Shown: positions 1 to 12,394, counted from the first letter of the whole stretch. The stretch: 63,323 nt of DNA, filler included, from Rhabdomonas costata (GCA_019059605.1; 39 parts of 39 records of this genome joined end to end with filler, not necessarily neighbours in it); one strand, 5' to 3'. Translations and numbers: made by a program. Notes: generated from the sequence alone by a model not told the origin.

Positions 1-254
1 GGTTTGTGTATTGCCTCAAGAAGCAGTCCCGATAGATTAGCCAATTGATGGATAAAGCCCACTTTTTGATACGGTGTTGCCTCTTCGCGTGTAGCATGCT
101 GAAGTTACGGCCGAAGCCAATGCAAACCGAGCCTTCAGCAATCATGCAATCAGAGGACGGCCTCTCGGACTACCTTGGTATGGACCTGCGAAGTGCGATG
201 GCTCATCGGATCGCATGTTTTGTTTCCCACGCGTTTGGCCGTACCCGTGCAAAG

Positions 255-481
255 GTCTGGTTCGGCTGACCCCGCGCAACGTGCACCGCCTGGTGCTGCT
301 GAGCATGGTGACGGCGTGCAAGGTGGTGGAGGACGTGCGGCTGAGCAACGCCAGCTTCGCGGCGGTGGGGGGTCTGGGCGCCGCGGAGCTGCTTTCGCAG
401 GAGGTGCTGTTCCTGTTCTACATCGGGTTTGAGCTGTACATCCCTGGAGCGGAGTGGGGGCGGTACCGCGAGAAACTTCTG
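255..481 (+). CDS. Exon of a PHO80/P/U-type cyclin (cyclin box)
   Basis: LTPRNVHRLVLLSMVTACKVVEDVRLSNASFAAVGGLGAAELLSQEVLFLFYIGFELYI fits the NVHRL..AK..DD..N..A.VGG..EL..E..FL pattern. AG at 253-254, GT at 482-483. Confidence 0.85.
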
Positions 482-1528
482 GTGATTGCGCTGTTTTCTT
501 GTTTCTGTTTTTTTGGTGAAAATTCTGGGGATTCTCCGGTCGTTTCGCATCGCGGTTTTCCTTCTCTAACTGAGCCCCACGTTGGGTTTTACTCAACTTC
601 GTTTATATCGTACTGCAAATACTAATCACTTGAGAAACGGCAAGAAGGCTGCGTTTCTTAGACTAAAATTCAGGAGTCTAGCTCAGATGCGTGCATACTA
701 TGGTTTTTGGGAAATGGGCTTGTTGGTGTTGTTGGGGCGGGGGGGGGGTACCTTTGCAGTACTTCATGTCTGTTCCTCGGATGCCGGTATCTGCCATGCG
801 CCGAGGAAGCTGCGGCCCGACCTCCACTTTCCCGGTGGCACGGCCATCAAGGGCTGTGAAACCATAGCGGCCAAGGCCATGATTGACCCAAGCCCATGTT
901 GTTTCTCTATTGTATTCAGTTGTATCGCATTCTCGTCTGACGGCATTGCGCCCGCGTGCATTTGCTGCAATGGCAGCGATAAACGCGGTGCTCGTTCTTA
1001 TCTCGTTGTTTTGGGTGACCACCGTTTTCCCATGGTATTCTTGCCTCACGTCCTTGCTTTGTGTTCTCAGTTTGGATGGGAGGTTCGGTCGCGCCTCGGG
1101 CGTAGACCACCACCTCCCGCTCTTTTTCTTCCGATTCAGAGCATTTTTTTGTCCTTTGCCCCTCCTAATTCTAATGATTTGGTGCTTTTTAAACTGCACC
1201 AGATCATTCTTTGATCAACGTAATTCTTGACCTCGCGGCACGTTGTCTGTCGCACCCCACTGCTCACGCGCATTCTCCCACCCCCCTCTCCCACCTCTTT
1301 GTTGCATGCAGTGGTCTGGTCAGCGGCAAAGGTTAGTGTGCCTGTGTCAACGAGCCGAGTTGGATTGCATTGAAACGTCATGCCAGCCCTTGCCACGTTA
1401 CTGCTCTCCCGATTACTCTCCCGCCTGCACAGATGCCATTTCCTTTCCTAAGCCCCCCTCCCCCAAAGCTTTCACTGCTGCCAACCTACCTGGTTTATGA
1501 ACGCCGATCTCGCCAACAAAGGCACGAC

Positions 1529-1628
1529 NNNNNNNNNNNNNNNNNNNNNNNNNNNNNNNNNNNNNNNNNNNNTTAATTAATTAANNNNNNNNNNNNNNNN
1601 NNNNNNNNNNNNNNNNNNNNNNNNNNNN
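1529..1628. other. Artificial contig-joining spacer (N-run + TTAATTAATTAA + N-run); recurs about every 1.63 kb to the end of the window
   Basis: Identical 12-mer giving stops in all six frames, flanked by N runs. Sequence on either side is unrelated. Confidence 0.99.
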
Positions 1629-4600
1629 CGCGCGAGGCAGCGCAAACTGGCAAAAGGGCTTCTCGAAGTGTAGGGGGTTTCTTTCTGGCACACATTTTGT
1701 CTTCACAGCTACTTGAAGAACATCATGGTGAAGTTTCTTTGCGAGAGAAAGGAAGACCGCCGTGGGGTGTGCCGGCTTTCCTCATCCCAATTCTTTTTTC
1801 ACGCATGCCTTGCTTTCGGCTTCTCCGAGCCCTTAATGTCGCGTTTCTATTGAAGGTGTTTCAAAAGCAGTCGCAGAAGCCGCAGGATGCAATATCCCCA
1901 AAACCCCTTCCTTTCCCCTCTCCACGAACCTTCTCACTCTCATCCTCATCCTCTCATCCACGTGTGTTTTCTCGCCCTCTCAGAAAATGCTGCCCGCGAT
2001 TCTGACTATTCTCCGCCCCAATCCCACGGAGGAGGAACAGATCTGGGAGGCGAACCCAAAGTGGAAGAAGTGAGGGGACCTCCTTTTGGATGCTGCTCGT
2101 GGGCGAACCAGGACTTGATGTGCCCTGAACCCTACACGGGAGGGATTCGCTTCGGTGATCGGGAGCACCGGAAGTTGCCCGTTGCTTGCAATTAGAAGTG
2201 ACATGGTGGCGGCCGGATCGAGTGCGCTCCTTGCAGCCACGCGATGCCAGCTGTCGACTGATAGAGGGGTGACGAAAGGTTCAGACTAACCTGCGATGCC
2301 CCTCTTCCACTGTATTTTCGCCGCACTGGCTGCATAACGCAGTTTTCAATCCCTTTTCGGAAGTTCTGCGGTTGGGTTAAATTTTCTTTTTCGGTTGGTG
2401 GGATGAGAGAGCGGGAGCAAATCACACCAAGGGCGACCAGCCGATTGTCCGTCTTTGCACGGGTGCTCTGGTTTTTGGTGTCATGACTGTCATTATCGTT
2501 GTTGAAAGATTATTCACATTGGAAGCCTTCTGTATCGCGGTAAGGTCCCCTCATGATGCTGACGAGGATTTTTATCAGGCTTTACTAATGGTGCTGTTGG
2601 TGATAAATTGATGAAAGGAGTGAAAACGTCACAGAATTTGCGAATACCATTGGTGTTACAGGCGATCACAGAGGATTTGGCGCATGTTGCGGGTGCAATG
2701 GGGATGGTATCGGTATTGCAAGCCACACACGCCTCACAGTCGATCGGTTGCTAAAGAAAAGGTCCTCGGAGCGCCAAATATTCCCCTACCACCACAACAG
2801 CCTCACAAAAGCAGTGACCACAAAACGTTAGGCCCATGGCCCTTTGCACTGGGAGACACGCACCAATACACGCATGCACCCGCACACAAGGCCACGAGAA
2901 AAAATGGCATGACAAAACCTTTTTTGTTATTGGACGTCAAATCTGGTGCTGGATAAGGACAATCCCATGGCTCGAATATGGGCGGACGAGTACAGACAAC
3001 AGATCAGGGGCCGGAGCGGGAGGCTGGGCCGGGAACGTGACCTGGGAGGCATTTTCCACTTTTATAATATTATGCTCAAGAACAAAAAATTGTTACCAGT
3101 GGTAACCGTACCGCCCCCCCCCTAAGCGCAGCCTCCAACGTTTGAGAGGGGAAGGNNNNNNNNNNNNNNNNNNNNNNNNNNNNNNNNNNNNNNNNNNNNT
3201 TAATTAATTAANNNNNNNNNNNNNNNNNNNNNNNNNNNNNNNNNNNNNNNNNNNNTGTGGTGTGGGCAAGGTGTTTCGCACAGCAAGTCACACACCAGGT
3301 GCCGTGACTCCAACTGAGAAACACCTTGCCCCCGCCATGCGAGGGGATGCCTGCGGCCCACTCCAGGAGACGTTGAACCGATAAAGGAAGTAAGCTGACT
3401 CTCTTGGCGTAGCAGCTCCGCGATGAAGGGAGCTCATCCCCACACGAGGACTCCCGCCACCACAGCAGCGCGCCCGTGTTTGCCCATCGGTTGCACGGTA
3501 AGCCCGAGAGGGACAGTGCCTGAGGAAACGAAAGTAGCACCCTCGTTTTTCTTTTGCAGTAAAAAATTAGGACAATGTACAAGTGCATCATTAGGAATTT
3601 TCAGCAGAAAACAACCATTTGTATGAACTTCTGTATGCCGAAACTTGATGGCAAATTCTCATCACCAATCGCCAACCGACTTCCTTGAACTTTCTTAGTA
3701 ACTTCGACCAGGATTTATAGAATAGTACGAGAATCGTTGTGTGCCAGCTGTAATCAGCGAACCAGCACAATGCACCAAGATACGAGACAGGAGGAAAGGA
3801 TATCAGCTGTACCCCCACATAGAAGAAGAAATGGGTTCAAACCTTGCAGCTGCGGTGGTCCTGGGCAACACGGTGGCCGAAGGCGCACTCGGAGGCGAGA
3901 AACAGAAGCAGAGGCAGACAGCGCATTGTTCAGCGAGAAATTTGAGCTCTCACAAATATGAAAAATATGAAAAGGAGACTCCTAGGGTATAAGAAGTATG
4001 GGGAGGGACTCGACGCCCACTGGAGCAGCATATGTTTGGTCGTTTTTGAGAAGTCCCGAATTCGAGACGCGTCATAGACCAATTCCACGCCCTCGCAAGC
4101 CCACTTGGGGAAGGAGCCCTTTTCTGCAAATCACAGGAATGCAGGAATAGTACTTTCGCCTACGACTGAGCCAGTGCTTTTACTAGAATTTGCCGACTCC
4201 CACTGGGGTACACTCCAAAATCCGGAACCCTCAGTACCCCCAGGCATGGCCCTTCCCAGATGAAGACTCGATTTAGGAAAGCTGCGCAACACAACGGCAG
4301 CGGTTTGGACGCCAAAGCACGACACAACAGCACAGAGTGTGGGCAGCAGGAAGCTGGGGGGAAACGAAGGAGAACCGACCCCCCTCCACACTCCCCGGGA
4401 CCCCCCTCCTATTCGGTATTCACACACTCTCTCTCGTGTGGACGGGTACCACACTGGGAAGTGGCCCCCCAAAAGAGCGCAAAAGAGGAATGCCCCCTCG
4501 AGAGGCGGCGTTTGTGATGCCCCAAGGGGAGGGATGACAAGGACACCCCCCACACACCACACAGCAACAGAAGCAAACAAAAACCGATCAACTGTGAGCA

Positions 4601-4916
4601 CCGCTGCACCGAGAAAGAACACGAAGGAATCAACAAAGGCAAATAGAAAACCTCTCTCCTACCCACCCACAGGCACACACGCACTAATTCTACAAACACC
4701 GCACAAAAGAGAAAAAGCTGTGGGGGTCGGGGGTTTCTGTGCATGCAGTGCCAATATTCCGAGAACACGGCCAAAAAAACCNNNNNNNNNNNNNNNNNNN
4801 NNNNNNNNNNNNNNNNNNNNNNNNNTTAATTAATTAANNNNNNNNNNNNNNNNNNNNNNNNNNNNNNNNNNNNNNNNNNNNAAAGAGCCAACAAGTGCTG
4901 GTTACGTTTTTCTAAG

Positions 4917-6409
4917 TTATCGGTCAAGTGGAACATCATTTACATCGTCATTTAACACAGGACAACTATTAAAAAACTTGACTTCATTGAAAGGCTCGAC
5001 TTTTATTGATACTGCATCAGGAACGGTATTTTCACCAAAGGTCATGAAGTCATGAATAAATTGATATTTTTTTTTAGTATTTGATGTCATGTTTTTTACT
5101 GCTACTTACATTATAGCATTGAATGACTGTATAAACTTTCCAAAGTCATATTTTGTTGTATCTTTCAGTTTTAAATTCAGTTGGTAGCATAACATGGAAA
5201 CTTTTGAAAGTAATTCTTTTTGTTTCGAAGGCTTCGTACAAATTTAAACCTTCAATTGTTCTGCCTTGCAGCAATTCCCCGAAGTTCGCAAAGTTTAACA
5301 ACTTGGCAATGTAATTAATTGCGTTGATAACCCTTTGGTATATTCCAATATCTGCATAATATCGTGCGTTTCCGTCTGTCTCTGCACCTGTTTTTGTTTT
5401 CACATTAAGTTTCAAACGTGTCTGAGGTATAGGCAACGCCGAATAAAAATCTGAACTGTTTTCTCTTTTTCTTTGAAAAATATTTCCTGACAAATTCGGC
5501 GTTATTTATTGTTTCGTCATAGCGTTCAGGTTTATCAAGCAAACGATAGTTACCGGCGAGAATAAATTTTTCTTTTTTAAACTGGTCGTCATCATTATAT
5601 GTACATTGTTTCAGTTGTTCGTATGTTTTTCTGTTGGCAAGTCGGCACAAGCAACATTAACGTAATGTTCTTCATTAACTTCTTTTTTTGTTGTCATCAT
5701 ATTTATTTCACATTCAACAGAAGGAATTTCATTTATCTCTTGCACGATATACTTGTTTTCATAGCATAACCGAATGTAACATGATAGAAAACAATGTTTA
5801 TTCATTTGCTGAAATTTTTACCGACAAAATAAGTCAAACTTCATGTTTTTCTTGTGTTCTAATATCCCATTCTCGTTATAGTCAAAGCAGTTGAACCAGC
5901 TATTAGGCTCATTCATATACTTGTCTGTACATTTCATCCAGCTTACAATGTCTATCATATGATACTTTTGGTCTATGTATTCAGAAAACGTGATATGACA
6001 TATAATTTCATTATAATTTGAATTTCTCACTCGTTTTGTCATTTGATGAAGGTTACGCGGGTTGTCTGTTCTATCTCCAATGAACACATAACACTTATCA
6101 AAATGTTTGTTGTCTATGCTGTTACCCGCAAGTAATACGGATGTTGTTATAAATACATCGTATTTTGTTGCATTTTCATTTAAGTTCATGCACAGTTCTC
6201 TTTTTTCGGGGTCTGGCGTATCACCGGTAAAGCAGTAAACTTTATCAGTGTACTTTAAAAAGTCCCTTTGGAAAGCTTGTGCGGTTACTTTTTCATTGCA
6301 GGTGATATATAATTTCTTCCCGCTTTTAATGTCTGTAATTGCCTGTTGTATCGCGTAGTCAAGTTTCGGCATATATTTATTGTTTCTCAGTTCGTGATAT
6401 AGTGTGTTT
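4917..6409 (-). pseudogene. Disrupted replication origin-binding protein (UL9/OBP-like SF2 helicase), C-terminal half; probably viral in origin
   Basis: GKKLYITCN, YDVFITTSVLLAGNSID..HFDKCY and HQMTKRVR resemble helicase motifs IV-VI of OBP-like proteins. The frame continues through an in-frame TAA (5818-5820) and frameshifts near 5630, 5410 and 5150. Intronless and visibly more AT-rich than the other contigs. Confidence 0.75.
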
Positions 6410-8185
6410 NNNNNNNNNNNNNNNNNNNNNNNNNNNNNNNNNNNNNNNNNNNNTTAATTAATTAANNNNNNNNNNNNNNNNNNNNNNNNNNNNNNNNNNN
6501 NNNNNNNNNGTGGTTGGGGTCCCCGCGGCAGATTATTGGCCTTGCTGTTTTCTTGCTTGTTCCTGCTGGGTTTTTCCTGCTGAGGTTTGCAGAGAATGGC
6601 GACGCAGTCGTCGTTTCGTCGAAATCCAGAACATCTTTCAATTCCACTGATTTCCAGGGATATGCGTCCCCACCGTGGTGATGGAATAGTTGTTTGTGGA
6701 GTTGGAGTTCGGTCGTCCCCAGGCACCAGACTTGACTTTTGCTGACAAGGAAGCCGCTGTTATTTCCCCCGCCTCAAGGATTCACGTTTTGGAATTTGAG
6801 TATTTGAATATCGCTTTGATTATTTGAATGACACACATGCACTATCCCGGCACACAGAGGAATACGAAGTATCACGGTAGTCCACACTCCTTGGTGCACT
6901 GTAACAGTAAGAGTTAACATGGCTGTTAAGTGGAGGTAGGCATCGCTCCCTAACCCTATGAAACTTGCTGCCTATGAAACTCCCGGCCCTGATTGACTTG
7001 GTGGTGCCTCGCGTGAGAGTGTGAGCAGTGAACAATGGGGATCCCCTGCTGTGGTGGCAGGCTGCTTGAGCTTGGGGTGGTGGTGGTGCGGCTGCTGTGC
7101 GGGACCACTGCGGCGAAGCTCCACCGTGCGCTGCTGGAGGGCTGCCAGGGGGGCACCCCCGGCGCCGTAATGGTGGAGTGCCCGCTGTGCTGCGACATGG
7201 GCCTCACGGTGCTTCAGGCCCTGAGGCGCACTCGCTTGGCCCGCCCGCGCCGATTCCCGTTCCAGGCACTTACATGGACGCATACACACGGGGAAGTAGG
7301 CTGGTGGGTACAAGAACACAGCAGAAGCGCAGAAGGCGGGCAACACTTCTGTAGCACCAAGAGATCAACCAAACCCATGCCCATAACATACGCACGTGGA
7401 CGCACACGAGCTTTCAGAGAGATCAGCAAAGAAGTGAAGACACGGAAAGGGGAAACGCAGTTTTGCAACTTGAAAGCTGAAACGCAAATTGACACCTTCT
7501 GGACCACAGGTCTGGAGCTGCCTTCTCCCGCCATCTTTTCGTCACACATGGCCCTGCTATCCGGCGCTGAAAGGGCGCATCCCCCATTCACCCAGCGCGA
7601 GCCGTCCGATCAAATGGGGAGCCATCAGTGGTTGGCATTTTTCTGCATCTTCTCAGGATCAGCTTGTTGACAGCCGAATCCGTCGCAAGCTCCCGGATTT
7701 TCTCAACGACTATGACCTCGATCCGCTTTTGGAAAAGGTTCTGTTGCGCCGCTCTGTCCACCCAGTGTTGCTCCCTCCGTTTGTCAGATCGATAGAAAAG
7801 TTCCGTTGTTCGCCATACACACATACCGTGTGCTCCTTGTTGTTGATGGTGTACTGTGTTGGAAAGGAGTAATGTGAACTGTGAGGCTTCTGAGGGCTTC
7901 TTCGTTGACTGGTATTTTTTTTTAGAGATAGTTATGCATTTGAATGTTAGGCGAGTAATCCGCGCAATCCCGTTTGCACTGAATGGCCCGGCTCCTTTTT
8001 CGCGCGTCGCTCAGATGTGCTTCGGGCTCAACCCGNNNNNNNNNNNNNNNNNNNNNNNNNNNNNNNNNNNNNNNNNNNNTTAATTAATTAANNNNNNNNN
8101 NNNNNNNNNNNNNNNNNNNNNNNNNNNNNNNNNNNGTTTTGTGGTGATTGGATAAACTGAAAGTTGATGAAACTTTCACTTTTTC

Positions 8186-8932
8186 GTGTATCAATTGACA
8201 CTGAGAGCCAAGCTACTGAGAAATTGTCCCATTGTCCATAGCTTACACTTGAGGTACCTTTTCATTCAAGGGTTCGAGGCAGACGGGCAGGCAGAGCTGA
8301 TGACGAAAAAGCTTTTGAGTTTGCAGATAAACGTTGACGCGGCCTGGGGGTTTCACAGGAAACCCAGAGCGCCACCCAAGGTCATTTTTATCGCGCCGCC
8401 AGCAGAGAAAGCGACAGCGAAACCGACCGGAATGGAGCTGGATTCCATGAGATAAGGCAACTCGCCGTTTGGAGGGGCGCGGTACTTTGACCAACCACCC
8501 CGCTCGAATTTAATCGCACGGTTCAGAGAGTGCGGGTGTGGTCAGTGCTAGCTCGAGGGGCCTCAGGGATGTCGGTTGACGGGGGTTTGGACGCCATGAC
8601 GTCAGGAACATTGCTGGGGGCGACGGCGTCGCCTCCCAGAGGGGTGCTGTTTGTGGAGACGCGCAACGTGGAGATGCGCAAGCCAACGCAGTTAGGACCC
8701 CGTCGCCTTTATTAGGTTGGAAGGGAGAACCCCGTTTGCACAATCATCCTTGGACGACGCTGTGCAGCGGGGGGCGCTGAGGTGTTTTTACTGCGGGTCG
8801 CCAAACCATTTCATGAATAATTGCCCTGAAATCAGGTCGAGAGCTGGGCAGTCCGCACCAACGACATTGTCAGGGAGTGCACAGTTTCAGGACTGGGGAA
8901 CTGTCCCCATCAAGAAGGAAAACCCAAACTGA
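8186..8932 (+). pseudogene. Ty3/Gypsy-like Gag, C-terminal part
   Basis: YLFIQGF, PTGMELD (8423-8443) and the CX2CX4HX4C knuckle CFYCGSPNHFMNNC (8783-8824) lie in one frame, with stops between them. Confidence 0.75.
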
Positions 8933-8962
8933 AGAGGGTTGGAATGGAGGCGACTCCAACCC
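8923..8962 (+). promoter_or_regulatory. -1 programmed ribosomal frameshift signal
   Basis: C CCA AAC (X XXY YYZ, in the gag frame) directly before the gag TGA, a 6-nt spacer, then an 8-bp stem GGGTTGGA (8936-8943)/TCCAACCC (8955-8962). The -1 frame is open to 9336. Confidence 0.7.
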
Positions 8963-9309
8963 GCGACATTCAGCCCAAGATTATTGACCGAGAGTTTGTG
9001 CCCGAGAGTGTTGGAAGTTTGTTTTCAGTCGAGCAAGAAGGAAAGTGTGGGGGCAATTTGTCCTTGCCGTGGTTTTTGGATCAAGCGGTACGCCAGAGAT
9101 ACAAGGAGGAATGTTGTGTGGCGAGCAAGTCTGCGGTCGAAGAAAGTGATGAAGAAGGTGACCTGGAAGAAGAGCTGAGCAGTGGAAAGACCACTCCAGT
9201 GCACACTCCGCGAGAAGCGAGTCAGCCAACACTGGGTGGGTCAAGGACACTCTCGGACTTCGATCAGGTGCAAGCGCGTCAGTACGTGAACCCAGAGCAG
9301 AGGCAAGAC

Positions 9310-9650
9310 TTGGAAGAGACAGCATTATCTTTGTAGCAGGCCGTTTACCGCTGGTCGACTCGAAAGCAAATTCAGCCAAACTCGGTGGTTCTGTACTGAA
9401 GGAAACCAGGTTCGCACCAGACGCAGAGCTTGTGCAGGTGAGGTTGATTGAGCCGCGGGTGCCGCAGGTTACAGAGGTTTGCTTGTACGCAAATCATCCG
9501 TGGAGTTTAATCCCGTTGGTGCTGATGAAGATTTGCAGAGATAAAGCGCGAGTGTTGTTAGTTACGCCAAATTGGACTGACGCACCTTGGTTTCCTCTGT
9601 TGGAGGAAATGACAGTGCGGAGGTGGTTGAGAGGAGGTAATCTTTTGTTT
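9310..9650 (+). pseudogene. Dam-like N6-adenine DNA methyltransferase domain (DIRS-MT-like), degenerate
   Basis: LYANHPWSLIPLVLMKICRDKARVLLVTPNWTDAPWFPLL matches the YANPPW..I..VL.KI....A..ILV.P.W....W.P.L pattern. NHPW (9492-9503) is one base change from NPPW. The upstream part is broken by a stop and a frameshift. Confidence 0.75.
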
Positions 9651-9762
9651 GACCAACACACANNNNNNNNNNNNNNNNNNNNNNNNNNNNNNNNNNNNNN
9701 NNNNNNTTAATTAATTAANNNNNNNNNNNNNNNNNNNNNNNNNNNNNNNNNNNNNNNNNNNN

Positions 9763-10258
9763 GGTGGTGGGAGAGGGCAGCGATTCTCGGCGGTACCTCC
9801 TTCTGCACGACCTGTTGCCCGGGGTGGACCTGGATGCCGTTGTCGGCGACGCCCTGGCCGACCCGAACAAGTCCAAGGGCCACTTGGAGGGCACCCTGTA
9901 TGACTTCGAGGTCTCGGAAGAGACTGTGGCTCGCAACAACACTGTGACGACGGCGGAGTTTCAGACCTCCACGGCGACCGCGACCGTGGTCGCCCCAGGG
10001 GCCTTTGCGGAGGTTCTGCTGAGCTGCCCCCACGGCGGGAAGGACGCCACCCTGCGGGCCTTCCGCACAGGCAACTTCTCCACGCACTTCGTGATTGAGA
10101 ACGCGGTGGTGGCATACCTGGCCCCACTGAGCTGCTTTCCCGCCGAGGATGAAGTACTGTTTCCACCTCTGTCGCGTTTTCTGGTGCGCGAGGTGGAGAG
10201 CAATTTCCCAAGGAACCCGGACGAGGTAACTATGGTGTACCTGAGCCCTCAGGCTTAG
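9763..10258 (+). CDS. C-terminal part of an R-S-E clade (NAD:arginine-type) ADP-ribosyltransferase
   Basis: LAPLSCFPAEDEVLFPPLSRFLV carries the catalytic E-x-E (10145-10153), with an upstream FQTST resembling the STS motif. Strong GC3 bias; ends at TAG. 5' end cut by the contig edge. Confidence 0.75.
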
Positions 10259-12394
10259 CTCTGACTCTTGCGGTGGTGATCGTGGAAGTGGGAGGCCTGC
10301 GAAGTCGTCTCTCTTTTGTAGAAGCCAGTGAGGCTGGGCTTCCGATGTGTGTTTTTCCGCGTTTGTGGTAGTGCCATGTGTTTGTACCTGGTTCATGTCT
10401 TCGTACATTTCCGCCGCGGGCACACGCTCACAAATTTCTGAAGAGTTGTGATGCGCCGCAGCTGTTCTGGGCTTTGTCCGTCTCTGTGCATAGCAGGGAA
10501 AGGGAATAATAGATCCCATCCACGCCCACTCCGAAAATGTAGTTTCATTGAAGGGGCACGCATTTTGGTACCCAACTTCTCGTAGTTTTCACTTGATTAA
10601 GGCATCCACCCCAGGTGGGTGGCGAATGCAGCCGCTTGGTCAGTTGTTGTAGCACATGGGCACTCAGCTGTCGTTCTTGGGCGAGTCTGTAGTTGATTTC
10701 CCGATTTTTCGATGGAAAGTGAGATATCGCTGGTTTCTTCTTTCTCTTTCAGCAGCTTTTCACTTGCTGAGTTTTTGCGCATAGAAGAAGTAAGGTGGTC
10801 GGCCTTTGTGGAAGAGTTTAGGTATGTGTCTTTTCTGCCTCTTTTTTTGATTAAAATTTGCATTGAACCTCTACTAAGGTAGGTGTGTGACGTTTTTAAA
10901 GCTCAGAAATAAGTTCAGCTTGTTCCCAACCTTTTAAAGATACGCTGGTCCGCGAGAGTCTTCATTTTCAAGTTGAGGATTTAACCTCAAGTAAGACAAG
11001 CCTTGGCACGAGGGCTGCTTCCAGTCACATAAGCGAGTATCATCATTTCAAGTAGGGCGTTTTGTGGACACGGGTTGTTTCTACCTTAGACCTGTTCTAG
11101 CAGAACGGTTTCGAGTGGGTTGCAAAAGCGCGCGTTCGTCGTGGTTCTTGAGGCCCGTCTTATCACATTAGCTCATGGTTAAGTTCAGGAAAGAGGTGTG
11201 CGTCCTCGGAAATAGATTAATGGCTCCCTGTGCAGCCTCAAGACGACGGAATGCCCAAGCGCCAAAAATTGAGGCAGAAAACACCAACNNNNNNNNNNNN
11301 NNNNNNNNNNNNNNNNNNNNNNNNNNNNNNNNTTAATTAATTAANNNNNNNNNNNNNNNNNNNNNNNNNNNNNNNNNNNNNNNNNNNNGTGGTGTGTGCG
11401 CCTCGGGAGGGGTTGAAGGTGCCCGCGGGGCTGAGTTCCGAAAGACGGCGGTAAGGTGGGAGGAGAGGCACGGGTGGAAGGGAAGGGGTGCCGCAATAGC
11501 CTCGTGCAATATGATCCACGTCATTACCACGCTCGTGCAGCTCTGAAAATTGCCTCGAAGCGTTTCTATAAGCTCTGGAGCGAATGGCTCAGGCTTCGTG
11601 GCATACTTATTTATGTTTTCGTGAGAAACGCCGCTGAAGACGGGGGCAGTGAGGATGGAGCAGTGACGATGCCGCCCACAGTTTAAAAGCACCACCGCGA
11701 AACCACGAGACGACAGACGAGCTGTTATTCATCGTATTAACATGAATAATGACGAATAACAGGAAAACTCCCTGTGAGTGCAATGTCACAGAATGAGGAA
11801 ATCTCTTTCGGGTAAATGGATGTGACCGGCAGTGCAGTATTTCGTGGCATCACAGCAGCACGCCCGCGCAGCAGGAAGGGACGAAAGAGCATGGGAGTGT
11901 GAGAGGTGACAACAAGTACCATGGAAATGGAACGGTCGTCCCGATGGGGCAGTAGTACCTGTGGAGGAGGTATTTAGTGCAAAGGGAGGAGAAGACACGT
12001 CACAGTTGAAGTCATGCCAGGAAATAAGGGGTGCCAAAACCGCAATAGTGCAAAAATGCCATCATCAATGAGCCAACACAGGGCACAGGGCGCGAGGGTT
12101 GACCGGGAGCAAACGATCAGGAGCCCAATGCCCATGATCCCAGGAAACAAAATTTTCGCTTGATGTGGGGTAATATACAAAACCCAAGAACCCTACTGAC
12201 AAAAACAAAGCGTAAGGACACGCCCATCCAACTGTCCCCATACCTTTGTCTGCCATGCTCACGGTCGTCTCCCAAAGTCGGACTCTGCAATGTGGGACTA
12301 AGTTTTCTTATGAAGTCTAGGAGTTACGTAGGTGCAGGTTTACTGAAGGAAGGGGAGGTGGTGGTGGGGCCGACATGCCACTCCTCACACATAC

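Larger units (their letters stand above)
8136..9662 (+). mobile_element. Fragment of a decayed retrotransposon: Gypsy-like gag, -1 frameshift signal, pol-frame ORF, Dam-like methyltransferase domain
   Basis: PTGMELD motif, CCHC knuckle, slippery site with hairpin, then LYANHPWSLIPLVLMKI. Several internal stops, no introns. Confidence 0.75.

Noticed and set aside
150-1230. Long overlapping ORFs in the track, here and throughout the window
   Set aside because: Mostly shadow frames of GC-rich exons or intronic sequence, with no motif support.
1573-1584. Regularly spaced TTAATTAATTAA as a CRISPR-like or biological repeat
   Set aside because: Always embedded in N runs; it is an artificial six-frame-stop linker.
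4882-10258. Viral helicase, retroelement MTase and ART as one defence or viral island
   Set aside because: They sit on separate contigs joined by spacers, so adjacency carries no information.
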